Shown here piece by piece: positions 37,652 to 49,074 of a stretch of DNA of 64,000 bases. The translations under genes were made by a program, and so were the position numbers. Every line of letters begins with the position of its first letter. Position 1 is the first letter of the stretch. The notes below the pieces were generated by a model that was not told where the DNA came from, ran no database searches, and saw nothing but the letters and a program-made list of their open reading frames with translations. Source of the DNA: Pseudogymnoascus verrucosus (Eukaryota); the NCBI GenBank assembly GCA_001662655.1, contig KV460236.1; one strand, 5' to 3'.

Positions 37652-39559
37652 ATGCATGCGAATGAGTGCTGGGCTTGCAGAGGTACCGTCCCTGTCTAAG
37701 TGATTGCATCTAGGGGCTAATTACTCAAGCGCTACAGACTCCAGAGCAGCTTGCAACCGCGTACGCCCACGTTGTTCAAAGTGCGCCAAGTCTAATAGAC
37801 CATGTCAGTATGGGTTGCGGCTGTCGTGGCCAAAGGCTACCAACACGAAACGGAGCTTGACCCATTCCATTCAAGATGTATTTGGGGTTGCAAAAAGTTC
37901 CTCCCAGACGAGATTTATTAATGCTACATCATGGGATATTCAGCTCCACGATTACCTGCGGATGAATCAAGGTTTACTCACTCGCGGAATCTGCATATAA
38001 CTCAACTAATGCTTCAGAGATAGGACTTAGTAGATACGAGGGGTTTGTCTTTCAAAAACTCGATCCGCCTATGGCGCTATCATGGCTCCCAATCAACCTG
38101 GGTTATGAGGAAAGAGAACTTCTTGATCACTGTAAGTATAATACTACCTATAGAATTTTACCAAGCTAACACCTACAGTTATATGTACGGCGCCTTCCAC
38201 ACTGGCCATTTTCGAACCTGACAAGAACGAATTCTTGGGTCTCTTGGTGCGTCTAGCCCTTCTAGACAGTTCACCATCCTCTTCGGCTGTGTTACAATCG
38301 GCGTTGGCGCTCTCGTCGCTCCACCGGCATGGTCTGCAAGCAGATGTTTTTCAGTTCAAGGCTCGCTCTCTCCGCACACTGATCACATCTTACGATCACT
38401 GTCTTGAAAGTCAGACGGTAGTTCAACATATTGCGGCTTGTATGATACTGTGCCACCTTGAGGTATGTTCTAGTTTGGGTCTATGTCTTCTTTTGAACAA
38501 ACACTCACTAGCGCTCAAGATGCTTGGAATGCCAAATGCACTTCCCCTGTGGTTCTGTAAGTAACGTGTGGTTTATTTATTTATTCTTGCCTAGCCCAGA
38601 ACGATTATCCGGCCTACTGTGTTAGTTCTTCTGTTACCCATTCATGAAATGGGTGGCCTGATTCTTCAAAGACATTGCTAAACTAGATTTTGCATTTTAG
38701 GCCATTTGATTGAAGCTAAAAATTTAATCGACAACGTCGGTGTTATCAACCAAAATTTTCAAGGCGAATTTTCCAGACTTCTAGACTGGGTAGAGTATCA
38801 TATGGCTATGAGCCGGTTTAGCCTCCGACACTGGTATATAAATGTAGAGCCTATTCAAGAAATTGGAAATATCGCACCTGTGGAACAGGAAACTTGCCTA
38901 ATACAAAAGGTTAGGCTGAAGAATATGAAAATCCATGTCTGCACCATTATCTAGCTAATAAGAGATAGGTTAGAGCTGCTTCGTACGGCTCACATGAAAT
39001 TCTTCAATATCTCCATGTCACATTCGAGATGATTAAAAAACCAACAGACTCGCTATACCACAGCGACGAATACGAAAATTCTTTGCGTTGCCTCGAAAAC
39101 AGGATAACCAGTATTGTCCTATTGGCACCAGAAGGTATATCTGATACGACGTCCAGCTTGGGCACAGCCTGGGTGGCTACAATGGAGCTTTTCAAACTAG
39201 CTGCTATAATTTACCTCAAGAGAGCATCGCGGAACTTTTCAGGAACCTCGCCTCAAATTGACGCAATAGTTGAGAGGGCCTATATACTTCTCGACGAATT
39301 GGAGACCTTCAACCCGGCCTTTCCACTGCTGATTATCGGATGCGAGGCTCGGAGAGATGGGCAGAGGATGAGAATTCTAGAGCATATTGAAAGAGCAATG
39401 AAGGCCTCAAGTTTGAGGAGCAGGAGCATGCTTGGACTGCAGAATATTATCCAGCAAATATGGGTGCAGGACGACCTTGCTGTTGATTATGAGCTAGACT
39501 ACTTGAATAAGTTGGATGCTGTAATAACTTCTTACCGCATTATGCCGAGTTTTGTTTAA
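37652..39559 (+). CDS. Zn(II)2Cys6 transcription factor (Fungal_trans_2 type); exons 37652-37682, 37738-37971, 38018-38131, 38179-38462, 38520-38556, 38701-38909, 38969-39559
   Basis: Spliced CWACRDSRAACNRVRPRCSKCAKSNRPCQYGLRLSWP; C-terminal FPLLIIGCEAR...QQIWVQDD. The frame is continuous over six GT-AG introns. Confidence 0.85.
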
Positions 39560-40039
39560 TATAGGAGCCTCTCTAATTTGGAATACGATGGATAATAGGA
39601 GATCTTTTCTGTGAGATGCTGCTTCGTGGATTCGAGTATACTTCATACCGGATCATTATAAAAACTCTTATTTACTCGTGTTATCACCCCAGTGAACTCA
39701 CAAACTATGTAATCTCAGTGATGGTGTTCGCCCCTCAAATTCTTGCTAGTAGCGTTCTCGCACCCTTCAAGGGTCTGTTTTCAACCCTCTATTGATGTAG
39801 CAATGCGACTTTTGGCTTCTTACGTGTAAGTAGTAAAGAGAATTCTGGAGAAGACATACAAAAGGCAATAACTAACTGGAAAATAGTGAGCATTCATCTA
39901 TCCGGGCTACAGTGATACACTTTTACGTTCAGGCTCAAACACTACGCGATCGGGACGTCCCATTACTCTCTAACGTAGAAGAGAGGACATTAGCACGATG
40001 AATTACACGAGTTACCAGTACTGCCCTCCCAGAAACACC

Positions 40040-40222
40040 TGTCAAATCAATATCCTACAATTAAAGGAACGAATTCTCGCTAATTAGAGTCGTTGCGGCG
40101 GCATCAAGAGGCTACATATGAGAAGATATCGCAGCGGTTTGGCAGTTTGACGAAACGAACCAGAACTCGAGAACGCGTATAACATGAATGAGACAGGATT
40201 TGTAGTGGGAACGACGCAATCG
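40040..40222 (+). mobile_element. Degraded pogo/Fot1-like DDE transposase fragment
   Basis: 40169-40222 translates ENAYNMNETGFVVGTTQS, matching the Fot1/pogo 'YNMDETGF..G' motif with D->N. Upstream sequence contains stops and frameshifts. Confidence 0.7.
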
Positions 40223-40466
40223 GAAATTTAGTGGAACGCTCGGGAGCAACCTATGTATGTGTCCGGCTCACGCCCGCAGGTCTTATGCCCATTACGCTCG
40301 AAAGCCCCCCACACCTCTAGAGACTGCCGCTCGAGGGAGCCGAGCGCCTCCCACGCCCCGCGGTCTCCAGAGCAGGGAGACTCGGGAGATTGGCCGGATT
40401 GGCGATCATCCAAGGTCTCCAGAAATAGTGGGCTCTGGGGAGTGGCCGGAAGCGCAATGAAGGACA

Positions 40467-40975
40467 TATTATTATATCCTAAAGGACCATTGGGAGCTCC
40501 TAGCCTCACTGCCTAGTTGATTTATTCGATTGCAGCTATTTAAGCCGTTCTGCTGTTTCTCCATTTTCGTTCATAGTTATCTATAGATCTAATGACTCTG
40601 AACTTGTCAGACCTTTCCTAGCCTGCCCTTACTTCTATATACAGATTTTACTCGTCTACACTACGTATATTTAAGTACTGTGGATGGACTGCCCGGAATT
40701 GCTTTAGGATAACCTTGGCTGCTTGATGAGCTGCAGAAAGCGTTCGCTTCGACGCATGAGGCCTACCTACCCACATCCGGTGTCGCTCGTTCTCTACATT
40801 CCAAGAGGATGTGTCGCACCGTCTGTCGCCAGTAACTGCATTGGCATCATCTATGTCGGCCTTGTTGATGGCCTAGAGGTAGGCGCGTTGCTGATCTTTT
40901 CTGTGTGATGACCGAGGTGATCGGCCTTTGTATACCAATATGTGTGGTGAGTCGGTAAGAGGTAGTGATTTGTCT
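40467..40975 (-). mobile_element. 3' fragment of a non-LTR (Tad/LINE-like) retrotransposon, frameshifted
   Basis: Minus-strand pieces ITSVITQ, AYL*AINKAD, CQCSYWRQTVRHILLEC (CCHC finger typical of the LINE ORF2 end), ERHRMW, QAAKVIL, QFRAV and STVLKYT* (stop 40661-40663), then a 3' UTR ending in TAATAATA near 40467. Confidence 0.75.
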
Positions 40976-41643
40976 ATGTATTCCGTTATAGAGTAGTACT
41001 ATTGCAGCAGCACCAAATGATAGTTAATGCCGCTTCCACCACTGTACAGTCGCTTGCAAACCCGGCTTCCCCTTCGTGTGTGCAAGCTGCTCGATCTTGT
41101 GCCTTAGTTGTGACTAGGCAATCTAGCCAAGTATGGATAAGCGCAAGTTACTCGATCATATCACTTGAAAAAAAAACTGCCACTGCATCAGTAAGGTGTC
41201 AGTTTTTTTCCAAATCCTTCAAATACGTACCAGAATTAGTCATATTTGTAGCTTTAATCATCATGGACCCAAATCTCGCTCTTTCCCAGCTCTGCCTAAT
41301 CCATGAAATGATATCTGACACGAAGGTCTACATTTGCGAAATGGCTGTTCTGACCGTGTGACCCTACCGTAGTTATATCTTGGGTTCGATTCCTTCGCTT
41401 TTAGTTCTATGGCGGGACTTCAAAATTCCATCATAAGGATGATGTCATCCCATCATAGATAGTGTTGCAAATTATCTTTTATGAGTGACCCAACCTTCTC
41501 AAAGATAAAAGGAAAGAAGCTGCAAGTATTTAATCAGAGCCTAAACCCTAGAGGTGGGTGGGAGTAAGACTATATTATTATAGTGATGAAAGGTATTCTA
41601 ATAAGGTATTAGAAGTAGACTACAGACTAATGTAACCAAGAGC

Positions 41644-44600
41644 TTAAGTAATAGAAGAAAGCAGCTTCACTACTCCCTCATGCCCATTCTCTGCAGCCAA
41701 CGAGAGTGGCGTCCCGCCACCGCTATCTGTAGTCTCTAGCTTAGNNNNNNNNNNNNNNNNNNNNNNNNNNNNNNNNNNNNNNNNNNNNNNNNNNNNNNNN
41801 NNNNNNNNNNNNNNNNNNNNNNNNNNNNNNNNNNNNNNNNNNNNNNNNNNNNNNNNNNNNNNNNNNNNNNNNNNNNNNNNNNNNNNNNNNNNNNNNNNNN
41901 NNNNNNNNNNNNNTTAGCGCCCTTGTCAAGCAGCAGCTTCACCACTCCCTCATGCCCATTCCCTGCGGCCCACGAGAGTGGCGTCCGGCCACTGCTGTCT
42001 TCAGTCTCTAGCTTAGCGCCCTTGTCAAGCAGTAGCTTCACCACTCCCTCATGCCCATTCCCTGCGGCCCACGAGAGTGGCGTCCGGCCACTGCTGTCTT
42101 CAGTCTCTAGCTTAGCGCCCTTGTCAAGCAGCAGCTTCACCACTCCCTCATGCCCATTCCCTGCGGCCCACGAGAGTGGCGTCTGGCCACTGCTGTCTTC
42201 AGTCTCTAGGTTAGCGCCCTTGTCAAGCAGCAGCTTCACCACTCCCTCATGCCCATTCCCTGCGGCTGACGAGAGTGGCGTCCGGCCATGGCTGTCTTTT
42301 GAGTCGATGTTGACTATGTCGGAGTTAAGTAGCGACTTGACGATGGCCTTGTGCCCGTCCCGCGCGGCTAGTAACAGCGGCGTCCGGCCCTCTTCATCTA
42401 TTTCATTCGTGTTTACTACATTGCCTTTGAAGAGCCTACGCAGTAGGTCGTACATAAGTGACTCTTGCTCCGAAATGCAAAAGAGGTGCTGCAGCCAATA
42501 TGCCTTTGCATATGAATGAAAGTGGAACTCATCCGCTAATTGAGGACTGACAAGCTTGCTTGTTTCCGCAAGAGTCTTTTCAATGTTGAAGTTAGGTTGC
42601 TTCCTAGACTTCAAAAGCTTTAATGCAAGACTTTGAACACTGCTTGGTACGTCTAGTGTTGAACGAACGATTTGGGATGGCGCTGATGCGGTCATTATTT
42701 GCTGGACTACCCTAGTAGATAGCTGGGTTCCAAAAACGCCATAATTGAGGTAGGTGACAATAATGTTTGCTATTGTTCTGTTTGCGCTATCAATTGTGAT
42801 TCCTATGTTAGCTGAGTCTTTAAACCCGCTAAAGAGAAATTGCTTAACGCTATGGTGCACGAGTCGTATGGTCTTCTCCTCTTCATCGATAGTAAGGAGG
42901 CTTCCGCAGCAAGTTAATGTTGAATGTATGTCATTAAGACGCCTTGAGGGGTTCCAAACAGCGTCGCCAGGGACAACGCTTAAGGCATCTCGAAGTGCTT
43001 CTGCTGTTAAGGGACGGCAAGCTATAGTTATAAGCTCTAATATCCGTCTCTGATACGGCTTTCCATATTGTTCTGATTTCCGTAGAATACGAAAAAATGT
43101 TTCTGAGAGATCCTTGGGAAGATCCGCTAGAGCCTGGCGAATAGCATCATCTGTTTTCATGTTGCATAAGGACTCGATTTGTAGAGCTACCCAGAGAAAC
43201 ATTCCCTGGGATCCTTTAATGAGGGCGTCTTGGATTTCTAGTATAAGCATAGGATTTCCTATCACTAGCCTTTTAGACTCTATGCGACTCTCTAATTCTG
43301 CTAAGATGAATGCGTCAATATCAGGGTTATCATCTGGAATTGATGTAACCTGGGCGTTAATGAACTGCTCTAGGCTCAATTTCAAAACGTTGCTAGGATC
43401 GAGTCGGACTGATACACATACAAGTAGTGAAAATGTCTTCTGAAACTTCCAGAGCTGTTTGATTAATATGTCTCTTTCAGCTGGGTCACATTCATCCAGC
43501 CCGTCAAGGACGAAGTACGCTCTTGACGTAGGTGGAAGAGAGTGTTGGAGTAAGCTGAAAATCTCTTCGAAATCCAGAGCAAGATCAGTAGTGGTCTTAT
43601 CAATGAATCTCGCTACTATCGCGAGATCTGCTATTAGGCGCAACAATTGTCGGGCTAGAGAACCAATGACTGTCCGCGCTTTCAAACTTTCTAGAATGTC
43701 GTGCCGGCAAAAGAAGTAAGCAACCGTAACATTCTTACTTCGACAGTTAAGATTTAGATCATCAATTAGGTTAGCTAGCAGAACGGATTTTCCGGATCCT
43801 AGCCCGCCCGTACATATTAGTGTACAGGAAGATTTTTGACCTTTCCAGTCCTTATATGCGACAATTTGGTTGAGTAGAGTTGTGTTTCCGATCTTTCGCG
43901 TCTGCTTCCATGTCGTCTCATAATCATATATAGAGCAGGAATCGAGGACCCGTACGTTTGTCTTTAGCTTTTGCCGAAGCGATACAGATTCAGAAAACTT
44001 GCTAGAAAAAGCTCTGAATTTAGAGTTATCTTGGGCTTCCTCCTTAATCATTTTTGTCGTTAGCAGGGTCGCCTCCTCTTTAATCTCATTCGCCCAGCGG
44101 TCGAGATCAGATTGGTATGTTTTCATGTCTGAATCACTTAGAGTAGATGCAAATTGCGCTAAGGCGGACTTCTGTGTAAACTTTAACGATTGATGGCAAA
44201 GATGAACCACCACAATGAAATATTCGTGCAGGTAGGACTGCATTTTCTTAGAGCGCGGATATAGCAATGCCATCATCTGGTAACGAGGGGCCGAGCGACC
44301 AGCGGTCATAAGGAGTTCTGATAACTTTTCCAGATAGGAAGTGAAGTTTGCAATTGACTACGAAGATTTTAGTACAAGATGCAGCTAAAGATGTCAAGGG
44401 TTACTGACAAGCAATGACATTCGCACCAACGACCAGACACCGCAAGCGATTAGATTCTGTGACCCGCCTATTATAACATCACCAAGCGCAGCGAATTGCT
44501 GAACGCCGTGCAGAAAACTGATCAGCCGAGGCGCAAAACAACGTCTGCAACCAATCTTTCTAGTAGCGTCTCCAATTTCAGCTATGAGTTGGTCAACATC

Positions 44601-44759
44601 GCGGGGATCTGGAGGGGAAGCGTGCGATTGAGATCTGTAGGTAGCTTTCTGGTCACTCGGGAGGTCAGCAACAAACTGCGACACGGCTTGCGCTAGACGA
44701 ATTTCGGACTTTAGCGGCGAAGCTTTTGAAAATACAATAGACATGGTGGTGGGTGACAT
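41644..44759 (-). CDS. Fungal NLR-like protein: N-terminal helical domain, NACHT NTPase and ankyrin repeats; intron 44358-44408; interrupted by an assembly gap
   Basis: Walker A GGLGSGKS, Walker B YFVLDGLDEC, GMFLWVALQI and VHHSVKQFL. At least six ankyrin repeats; the last, beyond the gap, reads KLETTDSGGGTPLSLAAENGHEGVVKLLSSIT*. Start may be 44759 or 44744. Confidence 0.9.
41660..42390 (-). repeat. 99-bp near-identical tandem repeats encoding ankyrin units
   Basis: Unit ...AGCTTCACCACTCCCTCATGCCCATTCCCTGCGGC... recurs every 99 bp. Confidence 0.95.
41745..41913. other. Assembly gap (N run) inside the ankyrin array
   Basis: Run of Ns; both flanks stop at the same repeat position (TTAG). Confidence 0.99.
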
Positions 44760-45033
44760 TCTAAAGGCACTACGGATAACGTCGCACATCAAGCAAAATC
44801 GCATATATTCCTAGAATAATTATGTGGGAAGATAGAAGCTAAGTAGAGGTTGATTGGGATGAGCTGATAAAAGGCGTCAGGTGCTGCATGCACAGCCACA
44901 ACGAGGTTTGAACAGTGATTGGTGTAGCTGTCGTTAAAATTGGATGTTGAAGGATTGGGCAGCAATACTTGAGGCTGATGATTTATTGTCTATCGCTTAT
45001 TCTGCCAATGACTGATCGCGTTTATTAAGCGGT

Positions 45034-45117
45034 GCCGCAATGTGTAACTATTTACTTGCTGAGCCGCAATGTGTAACTGAGTTACACATTGCGGCTCAGC
45101 GGCTCAGCAAGTAAATA
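45034..45117. repeat. Long inverted repeat (~30-bp arms, 1-nt loop) with a partial direct copy; possible transposon/MITE footprint
   Basis: TATTTACTTGCTGAGCCGCAATGTGTAACT-G-AGTTACACATTGCGGCTCAGC[GGCTCAGC]AAGTAAATA, plus an extra GCCGCAATGTGTAACT at 45034-45049. Confidence 0.9.
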
Positions 45118-46733
45118 CACCCCGGATCGTTTATCTATGAAAATTGAGCGAAAATCATCAACAATCAGTAGTTGGCGATGAGGGACCTGCAGACTAGCAA
45201 AATTGATTGGCATACAGAATCTCGCCATGTGGGCTGCAACCTTCTGGCGCCTCCCGGGCAATCAATGGTGCTGTGACTGTGAGACAAATGACGTGTTGGC
45301 CGCTGAAGACCTAATACTTTCTCAGTCAAAGTGCAGTTCACAATATACTTCATTGCGATGCCCTAACATCACAGGAACTGTTGATATCAGGATAAAATAA
45401 CATAAATGTTCAAGCATCCTCTATGGCATATTGCACGCCCAGCAGTGTCGGCCACCTCGCAGGTGGTGAGTTTCTTGTAAACATACCATGAGTAAAATCA
45501 TGCCGGGAGGGAGCAAGATTCGGGGCTATGGTGTGGAATATAAAGTGCTGTAGTGTAGGTACCGCACGGATATGATTAACATACAATTGTTATAACGTTG
45601 ATGTGACTGAGGCATAATGAGACAATTGGCGCAATTATAGTAACCGCATTAGGACACTAGGTTCAAAAAATGCAGGGGGAAGCCAGTTTTGCAAGCGACT
45701 GTACATGCATCATGTTGTTTTGAGTGCTGCTTTTTGGATATTTATCACTGCGGGTGGATGGCGCTGTCCACCAAGGTGATACAATGTGCTGTTAGAGCTG
45801 CTTCAGCAGACTGAGCTGGTAGTTGCGGTTGGAGCGCTAGAAATGACTCCTTGATGCAGCTATAGTCGACCTAAGGTCAGAAACTTGGAATGATATTTTT
45901 AGTGATGATCTCAAGTCTAATAAGTGGCTCCCGGAACGTCTAAAACGGTCCCCCTAGTGTAATGTTTTAAACGTAGCAAACGGCTCCTCGAAATCAATAC
46001 TCGGCTCCAAGGTTGAATACTTGAGCTGGACAGCTATTGCGTTCGTTTATGGCTTGAGAAGCGGCCGGAATTCTGCGCTCTCCGTCTGTTCGCAGTTCAG
46101 TGATGGTGTTACGGTGGCATAAAACAGCACCGGAAGCTGCTGGATTCAGCAGCCCAAACACCACCACTTAGACTAAACTTGTAAACTCTATACGAGGGGT
46201 CTTTTGTTATCTGGAAGATATATATTTGAGATATTTTCCTTTCCTAATTTTATTTATTTTAAATGCCAATATATATTCTTACTTATGTTATGGTAACACA
46301 CATTCATTAATTTTGGTCGCACGGAGAATATATTAACGAACTCCAGTATCTAACTGCCGACCTATATGTATATTATGCCACTAAAGTAAACTATCGGCCT
46401 CTCTATAATTCACGTTAAAATTGTATGGGTCTCATTATAAGATAGAATCCGCACCATTTTATATACCCCGCTACTCGGGGTAAATGGCCCCGGCAAGTGA
46501 CCCCGGCCCGCCATTGCGGTCGCGGTTAAGTTCCGCATTCGGTATTCTCCCCACTTATCCAGGGATATTTTGGAAAGGCGGAGTAAATATGGGGGATTCA
46601 TCCAGGTTACCCCACACGAGCAGCGATATAAAAGGGTAATGAGGGAAAAGTAGCTATCTGTAATATGCAACATATATCTGCAGCCAACAATTCTGTAACA
46701 ATCCTACCAGGCCTCCCAGTCCATTGAACAAGC

Positions 46734-47951
46734 ATGTCTCCCAATCACCCTCCAAACCCGCAGTCAAAACCCCCCTTGCAATCTATAATCAGCTGTCACG
46801 ACTTCGAGCATGCAGCTTCAATCTCGCTAGCCCCGAAGACATGGTCCTTCTACTCATGCGCCGCCACGGATCTGGTAACCCACAAGCTGAATAGCAGCAT
46901 ATACAACCAGATCCTCTTTCGCCCCCGCACAATGACCGATGTCTCCACCGCCGACACGTCAACCTCCATCCTCAGCCGCCGCTCCACTCTTCCGCTCTTT
47001 TGCGCCCCTGCCGCTCTCTCAGCAATGGTGCATCCCGACGGGGAACGGGCCCTCGCGCGCGCGTGCCAGAAATCCGGCATCCCGCAATGCGTCAGCACCA
47101 GCGCGTCGTTCCGGGTAGAAGACATCTTCGCGTCGATTTCCCAGCCGCCAGTGCTGGATACGCCGCCGCCTGCTCCAATGACGTTTTTCTTCCAGCTGTA
47201 TGTTGATAAGAATCGCGCGAAGTCGGAGGAGTTGCTGAGGACCGCGGAGAGGCTGGGGGCGAAGGCGGTGTTTGTCACGGTGGATGGGCCGGTGCAGGGG
47301 AAGAGGGAGGCGGATGAGAGAGTAAAGGCGGACAGGGAGTTGGTGTCGCCGATGAGTGGGACGAGGGCGAAGAATGATGAGAAGAAGGGGAATAGTATTT
47401 CGAGGGCGATGGGGTCGTATATTGATCCCACGCTGAGTTGGAAGGATGTGGAGTGGCTGAGGAGGAGTACGAAGTTGCCGATTATTTTGAAGGGGATTAT
47501 GACGGCGCAGGATGCGGTGCTGGCGATGGAGCATGGGATTGATGGAATTGTGCTTAGCAACCATGGTGGTAGGAATCTCGACACGACCCCGCCTCCGATG
47601 TTGGTTCTGTTGGAGATTCAGAAGAATAGCCCAGAGGTCTTGGACAAGGTGGAAGTGTTTGTTGATGGGGGTATCAAGCGAGGAACAGATATCTTTAAAG
47701 CATTGTGCCTTGGAGCAAAGGCTGTCGGTATTGGACGGGGCTTTCTTTGGGCACTTAATTATGGAGAGGAGGGCGTGGAGAAGTTCATTGATATCTTGAG
47801 GGATGAGCTCGAGACTACGATGAAGCTTTGTGGGATTACGGATCTGAGCCAGGTTCATCCGGGTCTGGTGAACACGCTCGCTATTGACCATTTGGTACCT
47901 AGTGGCGAGGGGCATCCGTATGCGAAGTGGAGGCCGAAGGCTAGGATATAG
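46734..47951 (+). CDS. FMN-dependent alpha-hydroxy acid dehydrogenase (flavocytochrome b2 / mandelate dehydrogenase-like) without a cytochrome b5 domain
   Basis: Motifs FFFQLY, VTVDGPVQGKRE, ILKGI, SNHGGRNLD and DGGIKRGTDIFKALCLGA; intronless. Confidence 0.92.
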   Translation: MSPNHPPNPQSKPPLQSIISCHDFEHAASISLAPKTWSFYSCAATDLVTHKLNSSIYNQILFRPRTMTDVSTADTSTSILSRRSTLPLFCAPAALSAMVHPDGERALARACQKSGIPQCVSTSASFRVEDIFASISQPPVLDTPPPAPMTFFFQLYVDKNRAKSEELLRTAERLGAKAVFVTVDGPVQGKREADERVKADRELVSPMSGTRAKNDEKKGNSISRAMGSYIDPTLSWKDVEWLRRSTKLPIILKGIMTAQDAVLAMEHGIDGIVLSNHGGRNLDTTPPPMLVLLEIQKNSPEVLDKVEVFVDGGIKRGTDIFKALCLGAKAVGIGRGFLWALNYGEEGVEKFIDILRDELETTMKLCGITDLSQVHPGLVNTLAIDHLVPSGEGHPYAKWRPKARI

Positions 47952-49074
47952 AGTGCACGCTTCCTTCTTGTATTTTCTATGAGAAAATATTAGGCATTGG
48001 TGAAGGGACAAATTTCCTGGTAGCAACAATGCTAATGGCCGCTCAGGATGTGACAATGGCCGCCAATATCATACACGGACCTATTGGCATATTGAAGACT
48101 TATAGCTCTCTCTCATGAGTATAGTATATTTCGATACCGTGGTTATTGAGCCAAAAAAATCCATCCAAATACTCTACTCTATCTCCTGAAATGATATCCC
48201 TCCAGTAAGGCATCGGCTATTTTGGATTACTAACAATTTACTACTGTATACGAACCCGAGACTCGGGTCCATAATGATCTGCGTTGACAGGTGGTGGGGA
48301 TAAATCCCTCGAACGGGCTAACAATGCGCCGATAACCTGTCAGACAGATTAAAGAAGGGATCAATACAGGGGTCATATCAGAACCACAAAAAACAGACAG
48401 AATTGACAGAATGGCGTATTTCGACTTTGAATCCGAACAACAAAGACTTTCAAACATCATGAAAGTAGTCTCCCATAAAGTGCATTTCAAATGCCAAGCA
48501 GTTTCCCTTGGCCGCCCCTCTCTCTAATGGCAACTAAGAAAAGTATACATGGGACAGCCCAGAAGCTTGTCATTTCCCAGTTGGGCGACAGGAGCAGAGA
48601 TCTGCATTACAACAAAGCCCTCTCCCGCTTAAATTACTTCAATCAGATAGTTCTACGCCACCGGAGCTTCCTAAACCCATACACCCATCCGGACACGGGC
48701 AAGCTCAGCAAAATATCGAAGCAAACCTTACATGATCTCCCCCCGTCTCTACGCGAACCTACCATGGCGACGCTGGAGGCCGGGGACTCTAAGCCACCTA
48801 TTTAACTTCGTGTGAACTCGGGCTGGCTACTGTGATAGGTGATTCTTATACACGTGCACTGAGACAATGAGGTGTTAAGTGCCCGCACCCGCACGCGCAG
48901 GTGACGGATGTGGAGATTTGTGGATGGAGAATTTTGCTTATATCAAAGTGCCATCTCGCGGGGAGCCTTGCTTGTGTGGACTCCTTTTCCGAGATAAAGT
49001 TTGCACGCTTCAACGTCTAGCCACCTCTTCACCTCGTTGGTTTCTAGACCGCAACAAAGACAGAAAACGCAGCC

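Noticed and set aside
40258..40757. Possible solo LTR (TGTGTC...GACGCA)
   Set aside because: No target-site duplication, and the right part is better explained as the minus-strand LINE ORF2 end and 3' UTR.
41000..41480. Possible decayed gene or NLR effector on the minus strand (VDLRVRYHFMD*AELGKSEIWVHDD)
   Set aside because: Multiple stops and no family I can recognise; would need BLASTX.
46850..48056. Long antisense ORFs (244 and 345 aa) over the FMN dehydrogenase; similar ones at 54503-55522, 58468-59343 and 3208-3756
   Set aside because: Shadow frames of real genes produced by skewed codon composition; no recognisable domains.
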